A stretch of 64,000 bases of DNA from Convolutriloba macropyga (GCF_964194025.1 NC_134471.1:26350001-26414000); one strand, 5' to 3'; counted from the stretch's first letter, positions 49,701 to 62,818 are shown. Notes: generated by a model not told the origin, from the sequence alone. Program-made: numbers and translations.

Positions 49701-52700
49701 GCATGAAAAAGACTGCAGGACTTTTTCAAGAAATATCTGGTACAAACTTTGTTTCAGAAGGAATCAATAACATGAAGACAATGCGGCATGAGGGTTTTAA
49801 TTCTCAAGTTCAAAAAAGAGCTGACAGTTAACAGACAATGGTAAGTTGCCCCTGAAAAGAACGAATAAAATCTTCCTAACGCAGGAAAGTTGTTTGAGCT
49901 GAGTCTTTGTTAGCAACAAAGTAACATATAAAGCAGCTACGCGGCAACAACTCTATTTCACTCAAACAAAAAAGCAATGTTTAAAAAATTGGCTCACAAA
50001 AAAATTCTGTTATTACCAGCTATGATGATATGAAGCCGCAAGCTCTCATGGGAAATTTATTTGGCTCATCCCAATCTAATTACAGCAGTAACACTCACTA
50101 AGACTTGTCCCCCGATATATATACAGGATACATGTTCATTCAGCAACAACCGTCTATGATCGGGATGAAAAAGAAGAAGACGAGAACTAAATGAAGACGG
50201 ACAAGTCAGCGCATCAAAAAATTCGTTCATCAGGATTAGTACTGATTTTTATTTCTCTGATGGCCCTTGGGTTATTTTTTATCGAATCTAAATTGCCACT
50301 GAAATCCCTCTAGCAAAATTATTTTTGAGAAATTATCAAAATTGAAAACCAAGACAGTTGCAAAACCCCTGGACACCACTTTGAAAAAGCAACAAGCCTC
50401 AATAGCATAATTGAAATGTTAATTTATAGCAAAATTAGAAATAAAAACTTCCTCTATTTGGCCTATCTCACAGAATATATTGAAATATTTGGATCATCCA
50501 TTTTCTTCCGACCCCACTTGTGGGGGGAGGAACTATATACTCAAATGGTTTTTTTCAGACAATATTGGCCGATCGATATATTCATCGTAGAGAAATAAGA
50601 GTGGTATCATTAAAAAAACTCGTAGCGTAGAATTCAAAATTAAAAAGAGTTTTTTGAAGAATTTCGTTTTTTTTTTTTTCGAGGAGTTATCGAGGTTTAA
50701 AATTTAGTGAGAAGACAGGAAATTGACATGATTTTGTTCGCTTTCAACTTAATTTTCGTAATTTTTTCTATAAAAATATTAATTCAAGATTACATTTCAC
50801 GCTACTAATTGAAACAATTTTGCATTCCTAATAGACTAAAGGCAACAAAAATAATAGTTTCGGTCACATGGGTGTGTTTACTATCAGAAAAAAACCTGAA
50901 TTCTCTTTAAGAGCTGTTTTTTTAAATAAAGCTTTCGCGTTTTTTGTTTTTTTAAAAAGTTACTCATAGACTCATTTCGAGATTCCGTTGATGACGGGCC
51001 CCACTTACAGTAAAATATAGCCCTAAGAACCGCTCTTGTTTTCTTTTGGCATCTTCTCTGAATTTTGTAATTTTCAATGAAATTTTGATTTTATTTTTGA
51101 GATTTTACTAAATTTTTGTAGTCCAATGGCATAGACTCGTTGACTAAAAGTGCAATTGGCTTCCTAATGAGCATTAAGTGAACATATCTAGTGCTCTGAG
51201 TGGACAGATAATGGCTGTTGAATGAATTCGCAATTTTTTTTGAACATTAACCGATATTAAACTTATTTTTTTGAACTGTAATTCAATTTCAGTAATGAGA
51301 GTACCCACTTATTGTCCACTGCAACCGAAATTGATCCGGATAGCGATTTTTAATTCTAACTATTGGTTTCATGACATCGATGCCACGAGTTTTCATATTT
51401 TTTTAATTTTTGGATAACTTTTTTTTCATTATTTTGTTCATTTTGAAATCTTAAACCATTATCTCAAAATTGATAGTTCCAATTTGCAGAGAGAAGACTT
51501 TAATGTATAATTCTGAAAATATTCATAGAAAAGCTTATGGTTTAACTGGCTTCGGCACCTTCTCGCACTTTTCTATTGAAATTTTAGCTTTTGCCTGTAT
51601 TTGTTGTTGTTTTCATAGCCATAAGACTGACAGTGATGTCTTATTGATAACTTATGAATGACAAACATTATATTCGTCCCATCCAGGCACAAGTTACCGT
51701 ATTTATTGACTTCCGTTGAATGCCATTGAATTTAATGGCGTTGATAACGTTTTTTTCAAAAATTTCGTCCTTTTGTTATACTTGTTCATATTTCTTGATA
51801 ATTTTTAGGTCAAATTTTCTAAACAAAGAATCAATCCATTGTTGTTAAAAAAATAAACTAAAAAGCAAGCTTTTAATGAAAATTTTTCTTTAATGGCTTC
51901 GACACTTTTCTCCCTCATTTTTTTTAATTTGCTGTTTTTGACTGCTTTTTCTTTAATTCTTTTTGTAGTCGTAAAAAGCTGGGAGGTCTCATAATCTACG
52001 AATTGAGAATTGCAAGAATGATGATTCTCAATGCAGTCAGTTTATAGCGAAGAGTCTTAAAGTTTATATTTATTTTCAAAAAAATTTTTAATATTTTCAG
52101 TTTTGTTGTTCTTTTCGTCAACTTGAAACTTATTCTAATCACAGAGGTCCTATTGAACATCAGGACCTAGTGAAAATTTTAATCGTTCAGATTATTTTTA
52201 GCTGAGTTAAAAAAATAACAATTGAAATAAGAAACAATATTGAGATAAACGCTAATGATTTTAATGGCTTCAATAATTAGTGTATTTTGCAACTTTTCTA
52301 CAAAAAAGTTTTTCTACAACGTTAGTTCGTTTCTATGGTTTAGTCTAAACAAATATAGGTCATATCAGTTTCGTACGGCCATTTTAGTAAAATTATCACG
52401 AATGTTTCGTTAAAGGCTTAGGGTTTTTAAGACGTTTGAAGTTATGATACGTTTTTAAAAATGTTGATTGAATTTTGCCCCATTATTTCTTTTTGTTGAC
52501 CTTCTACCTAGTCCCATTAAGGAAAAAACCCATCTGCTGTTTAGCTGAGAAAAAGTAAATTTGTGTAGCTAAGGTTTTATCTGACTGCATTTTGACTTTG
52601 TTACTAGGTGCTTTTAAATTTAGATATTGAGGTTTTGCCGTGAAATGTTTGTTTTTCCTGATTTTGTTGTTTGTTTTATTCTCGTAGTCTTTAGAATACC

Positions 52701-55700
52701 TCCTGCAGTGTCGTCTTGTTGTTGTTGTTTTCGAACTGTCTTTGACAAGGGAAGCTTTAATACTTATGAAGCGTCCACTGGACTTTTAATATTCTGCTAA
52801 TGGATAGATTACTTATCTTTACAGCTATCACCATGCCTTGTTAGAGGAAGTTCAAAGGAGATAAACATAAGAAACTAACTTCGGGTTAATTACTCACAGA
52901 CGACCATCGAGATGGCTTCGGCAGTACCAACTTGGATTTAGGCAACATAGGGGAGTGCATTAAGGGAGGGGGCTTCGGAGCGGAGGGGGACCTCAGGGAG
53001 CGGATGAAGTTTCGAGCGTGTCCGGTTAGGAGTGGAATTGAGAGGAGGTGGAGGTTGGGGGAAAGAATTGCGGACGGAGTAAGGGAGCCAAACCGCCAAA
53101 AACGGCTTTTTTCACCATAATTTTTTTCTCTCAATAGCTTCGGCGAAGTGTAAACTTAGAGACTAGTAGGATAAGGTCAGACAAAAAATCGATCACGCGA
53201 TAGATTGCATGAAAAAGACCGCAGGACTTTTTCAAGAAATATCTGGTACAAACTTTGTTTCAGAAGGAATCAATAACATGAAGACAATGTGGCATGAGGA
53301 TTTTAATTCTCAAGTTCAAAAAAGATCTGACAGTTAACAGACAATGGTAAGTTGCCCCTGAAAAGAACGAATAAAATTTTCCTAACGCAGGAAATTTGTT
53401 TGAGCTGAGTCTTTGTTAGCAACAAAGTAACATAAAAAGCAGCTACGCGGCAAAAACTCTATTTCACTCAAACAAAAAGAGCAATGTTTAAAAAAATGGC
53501 TCAAAAAAATTCTGTTATCAGCTATGATGATATGAAGCCACAAGCTCTCATGGGAAATTTATTTGGCTCATCCCAATCTAATTACAGCAGTAACACTCAC
53601 CAAGACTTGTCCCCCGATATATATACAGGATACATGTTCAATCAGCAACAACCGTCTATGATCAGGATGAAAAAGAAGAAGACGAGAACTAAATGAAGAC
53701 GGACAAGTCAGCGCATCAAAAAATTCGTTCATCAGGATTAGTACCGATTTTGATTTCTCTGATGGCCCTTGGGTTATTTTTTATCGAATCTAAATTGCCA
53801 CTGAAATCCCTCTAGCAAAATTATTTTTGAGAAATTATCAAAATTGAAAACCAAGACAGTTGCAAAACCCCTGGACACCACTTTGAAAAAGCAACAAGCC
53901 TCAATAGCATAATTGAAAAGTTAATTTATAGCAAAATTAGAAATAAAAACTTCTATACCTCTATTTGGCCTATCTCACAGAATATATTGAAATATTTGGA
54001 TCATCCATTTTGTTCCGACCCCACTTGTGGGGGGAGGGACTATATACTGAAATGTTTTTTTTTCAGAAAATATTGGCCGATCGATATATTCATCGTAGAG
54101 AAATAAGAGTGGTATCATTAAAAAAAACTCGTAGCGTAGAATTCAAAATTAAAAAGAGTTTTTTGAAGAATTTCGTTTTTTTTTCGAGGAGTTATCGAGG
54201 TTTAAAATTTAGTGAGAAGACAGGAAAATTGACATGATTTTGTTCGCTTTTAACTTAATTTTCGTAATTTTTTCTAATAAAATATTAATTCAAGATTACA
54301 TTTCACGCTACTAATTGAAACAATTTTGCATTCCTAATAGACTAAAGGCAACAAAAATAATAGTTTCGGTCACATGGGTGTGTTTACTATCAGAAAAAAA
54401 CCTGAATTCTCTTTAAGAGCTGTTTTTTTTTTAAATAAAGCTTTCGCATTTTTTGTTTTTTTAAAAAGTCACTCATAGACTCATTTCGAGATTTTGTTGA
54501 TGCGGGCCCCACTTACAGTAAAATATAGCCCTAAGAGTCGCTCTTGTTTTCTTTTGGCATCTCCTCTGAATTTTGTAATTTTTAATGAAATTTTGATTTT
54601 ATTTTTGAGATTTTACTAAATTTTTTGTAGTCCAATGGCATAGACGCGTTGACTAAAAGTGCAATAGGCTTCCTAATGAGCATTAAGTGAACATATCTAG
54701 TGCTCTGAGTGGACAGCTAATGGCTGTTGAATGAATTCGGAATTTTTTTTGAACATTAACCGATATTAAACTTATTTTTTTGAACTGTAATTCATTTTCA
54801 GTAATGAGAGTACCCACTTATTGTCCACTGCAACCGAAATTGATCCGGATAGCGATTCTTAATTCTAACTATTGGTTTCATGACATCGATGCCACGAGTT
54901 TTCATATTTTTTTAATTTTTGGATAACTTTTTTTTCATTATTTTGTTCATTTTGAAATCTTAAACCATTATCTCAAAACTGATAGTTCCAATTTGCTGAG
55001 AGAAGACGTTTAATGTATAATTCTGAAAAAATTCATAGAAAAGCTTATGGTTTAACTGGCTTCGGCACCTTCTCGCACTTTTCTATTGAAATTTTAGTTT
55101 TTGCCTGTATTTGTTGTTGTTTTCATAGCCATAAGACTGACAGTGATGTCTTATTGATAACTTATGAATGACAAACATTATATTCGTCCCATCGAGGCAC
55201 AAGTTACCGTATTTATTGACTTCCGTTGAATGCCATTCAATTTAATGGCGTTGATATTACGTTTTTTTCAAAAATTTCGTCGTTTTGTTATACTTGTTCA
55301 TATTTCTTGATAATTTTTAGGTCAAATTTTCTAAACAAAGAATCATTCCATTGTTGAAAAAATAAACTAAAAAGCAAGTTTTTAATGAAATTTTTTTTGA
55401 TGGCTTCGACACTTTTTTCCCTCATTTTTTTTAATTTGCTGTTTTTGGCTGCTTTTTCTTTAATTCTTTTTGTAGTCGTAAAAAGCTGGGAGGTCTCATA
55501 AGCTACGAATTGAGAATTGCAAGAATGATGATTCTCAATGCAGTCAGTTTATAGCGAAGAGTCTTAAAGTTTATATTTATTTTCAAAAAAAATTTTAATA
55601 TTTTCAGTTTTGTTGTTCTTTTCGTCAACTTGAAACTTATTCTAATCACTGAGAGGTCCTATTGAACATCAGGACCTAGTGAAAATTTTAATCGTTCAGA

Positions 55701-56197
55701 TTATTTTTAGCTGAGTTTAAAAAAATAACAATTGAAATAAGAAACAATATTGAGATAAACGCTAATGGTTTTAATGGCTTCAATAATTAGTGTATTTTGC
55801 AACTTTTCTACAAAAGTTTTTCTACAACTTTAGTTCGTTTCTATGGTTTAGTCTAAACAAATATAGGTCATATCAGTTTAGTACGGCCATTTTAGTAAAA
55901 TTATCACGAATATTTCATTAAAGGCTTAAGGTTTTTAAGACGTTTGAAGTTATGATACGTTTTTAAAAATGTTGATTGAATTTTGCCCCATTATTTCTTT
56001 TTGTCGACCTTCTACCTAGTCCCATTAAGGAAAAAACCCATCTGCTGTTTAGCTAAGAAAAAGTAAATTTGTGTAGCTAAGTTTTTATCTGACTGCATTT
56101 TGACTTTGTTACTAGGTGCTTTTAAATTTAGATATTGAGGTTTTGCCGTGAAATGTTTGTTTTTCCTGATTTTGTTGTGTTTTATTCTCGTAGTCTT
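49180..56197. repeat. Head-to-tail tandem duplication, ~3.51-kb unit (49180-52689, 52690-56197)
   Basis: TTTAGAATACC at 49180 and 52690; identical ORF pairs (49376/52886, 49422/52932); TTT microhomology at the junction. Confidence 0.93.
50501..52689 (+). mobile_element. HINE-like element copy B1, 3'-truncated by the duplication junction
   Basis: 5' TTCTTCCGACCCCACTTGTGGGGGGAG; collinear with 54010-56197. Confidence 0.55.
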
Positions 56198-56390
56198 TTT
56201 GGTGGCAGATCTCATGAGCGCTGTAATGAGGCAAGGCATTATGTAATTTAATTAGTGGGTGTGTAAAGATTTTTTTAACTCAAACTTCTATTTTTGATTA
56301 TCTCTTTATTTGGTGGACAATTAAGTCAAAAATTAGATGAGCCCGGGTCGGAACATCATGGGCGAACGCACATTAACGAGCCTCCTTGTT
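54010..56390 (+). mobile_element. HINE-like element copy B2, complete
   Basis: Perfect 11-bp subterminal inverted repeat TGTTCCGACCC (54011) / GGGTCGGAACA (56345), degenerate 3' hairpin, ends CCTTGTT. Confidence 0.65.
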
Positions 56391-56606
56391 ATATTTGAGA
56401 TTTCAATGCAGCTAATAAAGTCTTTTACTACTACTACATATTTGAATTGCTTCGGAATATACTATTGTTCCTGAAGCTGACAGATATTGACAAAAAGCCT
56501 TGAACAAATTACAGAAGATTTGAATTAATACCATAAGAATCCGAAACACATCAGATCAAATATAAACATTATCATCAGGGGTCTCATGCCGTTTTCTATT
56601 GCATAG

Positions 56607-57278
56607 TTAATTTGAAGACAAAGCGGAAGCCACCTTCTCAAAATTCAATATCTCTACGATGTTCTTCGATTTCACATTATCTTCGTGTCCCGGGAAGAAC
56701 ACCTGGTTTGTGGTAACTTGCCATTTCTTAGCTGCTGCCATCTGGTTGAGAACCGTGACGCTGATTCCTCCTAAATGTTGGCACATAGTATCGCGCGGAA
56801 CGTTTGCAAATGTCGATGCCACAACGTGTCCGATATAATTACGAATGGCTATGTCAAATCCTTCAATCTTACAAATAAGATGTTGCATCTGGTCAATTCT
56901 TTGCCATGCATCTTCGAATTGACACGTCTCCAACAAGAAGTGTATTTCAAACACTCCGGTAAGATCATGGGGCGGAATTCGCTCGCATAAGTCTTTATCC
57001 ATGAGAGCTTTGCAGATTAGAAAATCCGGATGCGGCAGATTCATTAGAGCTTTGAGCAGAATTTTCAGAATTATCTGGTCATTGGATTTCTGAGGATCGA
57101 ATTGATACAACTTCAGCAAACAAAGATTAGCTTTAAAATCATATTTATTTGCAGCTACTTGAGCATCGACGTAAGCCTCGAATTGCACTGCATTTTCAGG
57201 ATTGTATAGTTCAATTCCTTCTAGAAGATACTCGATTTGCTCTTTGAGTTCTTCGTAATTCCCATCGGTTTCACTCAT
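56607..57278 (-). CDS. EIF3K: Eukaryotic translation initiation factor 3 subunit K (223 aa, intronless CDS)
   Basis: LLEGIELYNPEN, ANLCLLKLYQFDP, ILLKALMNLPHPDF, LLETCQF, GFDIAIRNYIGHVV and KSKNIVE follow eIF3k along the full length. Confidence 0.95.
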   Translation of the reverse strand: MSETDGNYEELKEQIEYLLEGIELYNPENAVQFEAYVDAQVAANKYDFKANLCLLKLYQFDPQKSNDQIILKILLKALMNLPHPDFLICKALMDKDLCERIPPHDLTGVFEIHFLLETCQFEDAWQRIDQMQHLICKIEGFDIAIRNYIGHVVASTFANVPRDTMCQHLGGISVTVLNQMAAAKKWQVTTNQVFFPGHEDNVKSKNIVEILNFEKVASALSSN

Positions 57279-57325
57279 TTCGACCTAAATTTGCATAACT
57301 GCGACAAGTCGTGATACAATCAATA

Positions 57326-60300
57326 GACTAAATAGAACGCAGTCAGCAAGTTGAGCAAAATTGAGACACACAATTTTTGCTATTACTGGATTAACTAGTT
57401 TCCTACTTTCTCTGGGATTTCGGATTTTTTCAGTTACTAACCCCCTGGGATTACGTTAAGCCGACCTGGAATATGAAAAAATTACCTGCAAATAACTGGC
57501 GGGAGAAAATTGAGAACAACCAACTAACTTAATTGTCAAAATACAGCATTCATTGCAATTATTGATTCAACCTTTTAACCATAATTATTTTCGTAGTTCT
57601 GCCTTGATTTTATCAAAATTTGTAATAAAACTTGGACTTGAGGGTTGCTAATGACGGGTCAGTCAACTAATATGGGGTCACAAACCGACTATCGTATGTT
57701 TGGTAACTATACGTTTTCTTTAAATCCCAAATACTACAAAAATCTTTTTCTGCCGAAAAAATTTCTCAAACTTCAATCAAAAGAAAGTCTCTCCCAATTG
57801 GTTATTAGGTCAACTCGGAAATGGCAAGTCTACTCAAATTTTTGGGCATTATATGTAGTAGTAGATAGGCTTTAGGACGAGAACAGGGTTGAAAATTCAC
57901 CCTTCAGTTTTCAGCTGGCACAATTTTCTTGGCAGGGTCACAGAGACAGAGAATTCGCTAGGAACAGGGTTCCATTGTTGCTCCTATCGAAGAACTCGTG
58001 ATACATCTTCGTCAGTCTTGATTTCGTTAACTCATTCTCAGGTATGTGCTTGTTTAAGATGTTCATAAGTCTGTGTCCACAAATTTGCATCGGTCTTCTT
58101 CAACCTGTTAAAGGAACTTCGAAGTTTTTGTTTTGCCGCGTTTCTGTTGATCTGGATTTTGGTTTGTCGTTCGAATCTAGAGCATAATTGTTTTGGCATA
58201 TTGCGTTTGTGAGTGTCACACGTATGTAAAAAAAGGGTGTACTAAAAACCTTGGGTTTCAAGGTCAAAGATTTAGTTTAAATTTTAATTTATTACTTGAT
58301 TAATGACTGACACAATCTTGATAGGTGTCGACAGATTGAAATAGACAAAGCTCGGGCTTCGAGCAATACTAACAATTGTGACATATCAGTATTTACTTGG
58401 TTAATTTACCACGGTGATAGAACCGATATTGGGTACGGGCAAAACTGAGGATAAAACTCATTCATTGAATAATAACCCTACCTTCAGAGTTAATCACTCA
58501 ATTAGATCTTCATTTATTTGAAACAATTCTCTTCTGCTTTTATCTACTTATTAATTAATCCTCAATCCTTGTATTTTAAACAAGTACCACGCTCAATTAC
58601 AAAAGATAATACATATTACGTACGGGCGGCTGCTATAGTGGCGACAGAGATTAAAAGTAAATAGAAAACCACCACCCAATAACATTGAGCGTTGTACTAA
58701 TTTCCAAGAGAAATCTATTTTTTTGTTTGAAAACCAATTTTTAAACGCGAGTTCGACGTCTTAACATCACGAACCGGAAAAGGAATTGTGGACTGCTGTC
58801 GGGATTCGACAACAACAACTGCCACCTTGGAACTATCAAGTGAGTACTCCCTAAAAATTCGAATAGCATAAATCAGGGCGTACATGTTTTTTTGATAATA
58901 AAATAGCGTTCAGAAATATCAGTATTTTAATTTGACTTAATTTGACTTAAACTCAAGCATTAAACCTCGAGTTTTTTATGCATTTATTGACGAGGGAATT
59001 AGAGTTTCAATCAAATTTAAAAGCTGTTAACTAGAGTATCGGAAAAATAGTTCGAGTTTCGAACAGAATTAAAGAAATATTTTGAATAATAACAGCTTTT
59101 AAATAAAATAAGGATGGCGTGGCACTCCTCAAAAACGATGTTACCGGAACCGTTTACTGAATCAAATGATTTTGAAAGTTACATTACACACTTTGAGCTC
59201 TTGTCACAACTTCAAAAGTGGCAAAGAAAAGAAACAGTAAACGGCGCCGAGACCGAAATTGATGAACGGCCGCATTATTTCGCGATAAGGGTACAAAACC
59301 GGGCTATTGATTTCTATCGTACACTTTCGGAGGACACTAGAAAGAGTTATGACGAGACCGTAAAGGCTTTCAGACAACATTATAATGACTAAATAGAACG
59401 CAGTCAGCAAGTTGAGCAAAATTGAGACACACAATTTTTGCTATTACTGGATTAACTAGTTTCCTACTTTCTCTGGGATTTCGGATTTTTTCAGTTACTA
59501 ACCCCCTGTGATTACGTTAAGCCGACCTGGAATATGAAAAAATTACCTGCAAATAACTGGCGGGAGAAAATTGAGAACAACCAACTAATTAATTGTCAAT
59601 ATACAGCACTCATTGCAATTATTGATTCAACCTTTTAACCATAATTATTTTCGTAGTTCTGCCTTGATATTATCAAAATTTGTAATAAAACTTGGACTTG
59701 AGGGTTGCTAATGACGGGTCAGTCAACTAATATGGGGTCACAAACCGACTATCGTATGTTTGGTAACTATACGTTTTCTTTAAATCCCAAATACTACAAA
59801 AATCTTTTTCTGCCGAAAAAATTTCTCAAACTTCAATCAAAAGAAAGTCCCTCCCAATTGGTTTTTAGGTCAACTCGGAAATGGCAAGTCTACTCAAATT
59901 TTTGGGCATTATATGTAGTAGTAGATAGGCTTTAGGACGAGAACAGGGTTGAAAATTCACCCTTCAGTTTTCAGCTGGCACAATTTTCTTGGCAGGGTCA
60001 CAGAGACAGAGAATTCGCTAGGAACAGGGTTCCATTGTTGCTCCTATCGAAGAACTCGTGATACATCTTTGTCAGTCTTGATTTCGTTAACTCATTCTCA
60101 GGTATGTGCTTGTTTAAGATGTTCATAAGTCTGTGTCCACAAATTCGCATCGGTCTTCTTCAACCTGTTAAAGGAACTTCGAAGTTTTTGTTTTGCCGCG
60201 TTTCTGTTGATCTGGATTTTGGTTTGTCGTTCGAATCTAGAGCATAATTGTTTTGGCATATTGCGTTTGTGAGTGTCACACGTATGTAAAAAAAGGGTGT

Positions 60301-61186
60301 ACTAAAAACCTTGGGTTTCAAGGTCAAAAATTTAGTTTAAATTTTAATTTATTACTTGATTAATGACTGACACAATCTTGATAGGTGTCGACAGATTGAA
60401 ATAGACAAAGCTCGGGCTTCGAGCAATACTAACAATTGTGACATATCAGTATTTACTTGGTTAATTTACCACGGTGATAGAACCGATATTGGGTACGGGC
60501 AAAACTGAGGATAAAACTCATTCATTGAAAACCAATTTTTAAACGCGAGTTCGACGTCTTAACATCACGACCCGGAAGAGGAATTGTAGACTGCTGTCCG
60601 GATTCGACAACAACAACTGCCACCTTGGAACTATCAAGTGAGTACTCTCTAAAAATTCGAATTGCATAAATCAGGGCGTACATGTTTTTTTGATAATAAA
60701 ATAGCGTTCAAAAATATCAGTATTTTAATTTGACTTAATTTGACATAAACTCAAGCATTAAACCTCGAGTTTTTTATGCATTTATTGACGAGGGAATTAG
60801 AGTTTCAATCAAATTTAAAAGCTGTTAACTAGAGTATCGGAAAAATAGTTTGAGTTTCGAACAGAATTAATGAAATATTTTGAATAATAACAGCTTCTAA
60901 ATAAAATAAGGATGGCGTGGCACTCCTCAAAAACGCTGTTACCGGAACCGTTTACTGAATCAAATGATTTTGAAAGTTACATTACACACTTAGAGCTCTT
61001 GTCACAACTTCAAAAGTGGCAAAGAAAAGAAACAGTAAACGGCGCCGAGACCGAAATTGATGAACGGTCGCATTATTTCGCGATAAGGGTACAAAAGCGG
61101 GCTATTGATTTCTATCGTACACTTTCGGAGGACACTAGAAAGAGTTATGACGAGACCGTAAAGGCTTTCAGACAACATTATAATGA
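57326..61186. repeat. Tandem duplication (57326-59386; 59387-61186, the latter with a 262-bp deletion) of eIF3k upstream DNA + LTR + gag start
   Basis: GACTAAATAGAACGCAGTC at 57326 and 59387; duplicated ORFs 57645/59705 and 59114/60912; GA microhomology at the junction. Confidence 0.92.
57854..59386 (+). mobile_element. 5' LTR (57854-58637), PBS and truncated gag of a second Gypsy-like element
   Basis: TGTAGTAG...CTGCTATA imperfect inverted termini; PBS-like TGGCGAC at 58639; gag start MAWHSSK at 59114 is cut at the duplication junction. Confidence 0.7.
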
Positions 61187-61943
61187 GAAACCAGTAGTGT
61201 TCCGGGGGAGGCTAGCTAGGAGAGTCCACCAGACTGGTGAAAAATTAACAGATTCTCTCGGTGATTAGCAAACTTTAGCCTTAAAAGCATACCCTCAGGA
61301 GTCTAATGAGATAAGAGAACATCTCATTTTGAGGGGTTTTCTCGAAGGCATAGAAAATAGTCAGGTGCGACGTGACCTGAGAAAAAACTTGGGTGACGCG
61401 GATATGCCTTTAGACAAAGCTTTAGAAAGAGCACTACACATTGAAGCAGTCACGAGAATTGAGGAGGAGGATAATGAGCCGCGGGTTTCTGCCATCCAGT
61501 CGAATGAAAACACACAACTGGTTAATTCGATTAACGATTTAGTGCGAACACTGCAGAGTAATCAACCTAATAGGCAAGAGAATCAAAAGTTTTCATCGCA
61601 AGGAGCGCGGCCAAAAGAGTTTCTGCGCGGTAGTCAGCGAAGTTCAAGAGAGAACAAAGATAGAAATAGAAATACTAATAGCTATACTAGAAGCAGCGCT
61701 GAGCATAGACAAAACAATTACGAAAGTAGAGCGCGTGCGCTAACACCGGTAGGTGAGAACAGAAGCCGAGATCGATCGCACGAGAGTCTTGCCGAGCAGT
61801 CGAAGGCAGCGGCGAGTTTCGAGAAAGAAAAATGTCGCCGTTACGGTCAGCGAAACCATGCATCTAGGGATTGCAAAAATTATTTCGAATGTGGGAGTCC
61901 AAATCACTTCAAACGAAATTGTTCGTATTTGAACGAGAATTAG
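60912..61943 (+). pseudogene. gag: Gypsy-like gag pseudogene (in-frame TAG at 61266, eroded zinc knuckles); no pol follows
   Basis: PEPF..DFESYITH.E, QTGEKL..SLGD*QTLALKAYP, RGFLEGI and C..G..NH...C..FECGSPNHFKRNC. Confidence 0.8.
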
Positions 61944-61999
61944 CTGGAAATGGCAGAATAAATAATTGAGTAGTTCGAGATACAACGATACAGTCAGTT

Positions 62000-62500
62000 C
62001 GTTGAGTTTTAGTAGTCGCTGTTTGTAGTCAGCATCTTTTCCGCATATCCATGCAGTGGCTTTGCGTTGCACTCTTTCATCGACTTCAGGTCAGTTTTTG
62101 ATGCGTAACAAACCTGGGAAGCGAAGGTCAGAACAGGCACTACGTAACCAACGTTTGCATTTAGTTTTGTGTCGGGATTAGCTTTGTGTGAACATATTAT
62201 TTTCAAGAACCAGAAAGATCGCCAGGCCTTGATTGTTTTTCGAGAGCAGTTATCACTCCAGAAGATTTCCAGATGATTACCCCAAGGTTGTTCTGTTGCG
62301 ACACCACTTCGAGTGAATCGCCGGATTCTCATGAGGCCCTTCCTTACAGACATATTTTTTTGCTTTTCTCGACGTTAAGGGACATGTGGTTGTCTTTACT
62401 CCAAGTTTGAATCTTTTCAACGAGCCAATTTGCGTCAGTTTTGCTCTCCATGATGACTTTGAAGTGGTCAGCATAGCCATACGATGAGTAATGGGCATTT
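62000..62500 (-). mobile_element. Non-LTR (CR1/L2-group) RT fragment, degenerate
   Basis: GYADHFKV (cf. YADD), WSKDNHMSLNVEKSK, and GYVVPVLTFASQV across frameshifts. Confidence 0.75.
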
Positions 62501-62818
62501 TCTATGGACACTATATGCAACATCAAAGGGCATTTTAAGCCAAAAAATTGCCGCGAGACCAACTAAAATGTGCGATAACTTCGTAGACCTGGGGTTTTAA
62601 AAATTTTAGAAAATATGACCGAAGATAAGAAAACTGCTCTGATAGAATTGCTATCTAGAGAAGAGTCGCGTAATTTCTACGGTTATCCACAAAGGAACAT
62701 ATGGAACTCGACAAAACGAGTCATGCAAAAACTGTTTTCATTCAAAAATATAGGGAAAAAAGAGAAACTGAGAACATTTACAACATGGTGTGGACTTGCT
62801 CATAGCCATCATCGTAAA

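Noticed and set aside
49376-53134. 82-aa and 62-aa ORFs over the G-rich tract
   Set aside because: They arise from the stop-poor G/C-skewed tract and are not conserved in other members of that repeat family.
57645-59935. Treating the 57326/59387 repeats as the two LTRs of one small element
   Set aside because: The repeat unit includes host flank and the gag start, lacks TG..CA ends, PPT and TSD, and its junction cuts gag mid-frame; it is a tandem duplication.
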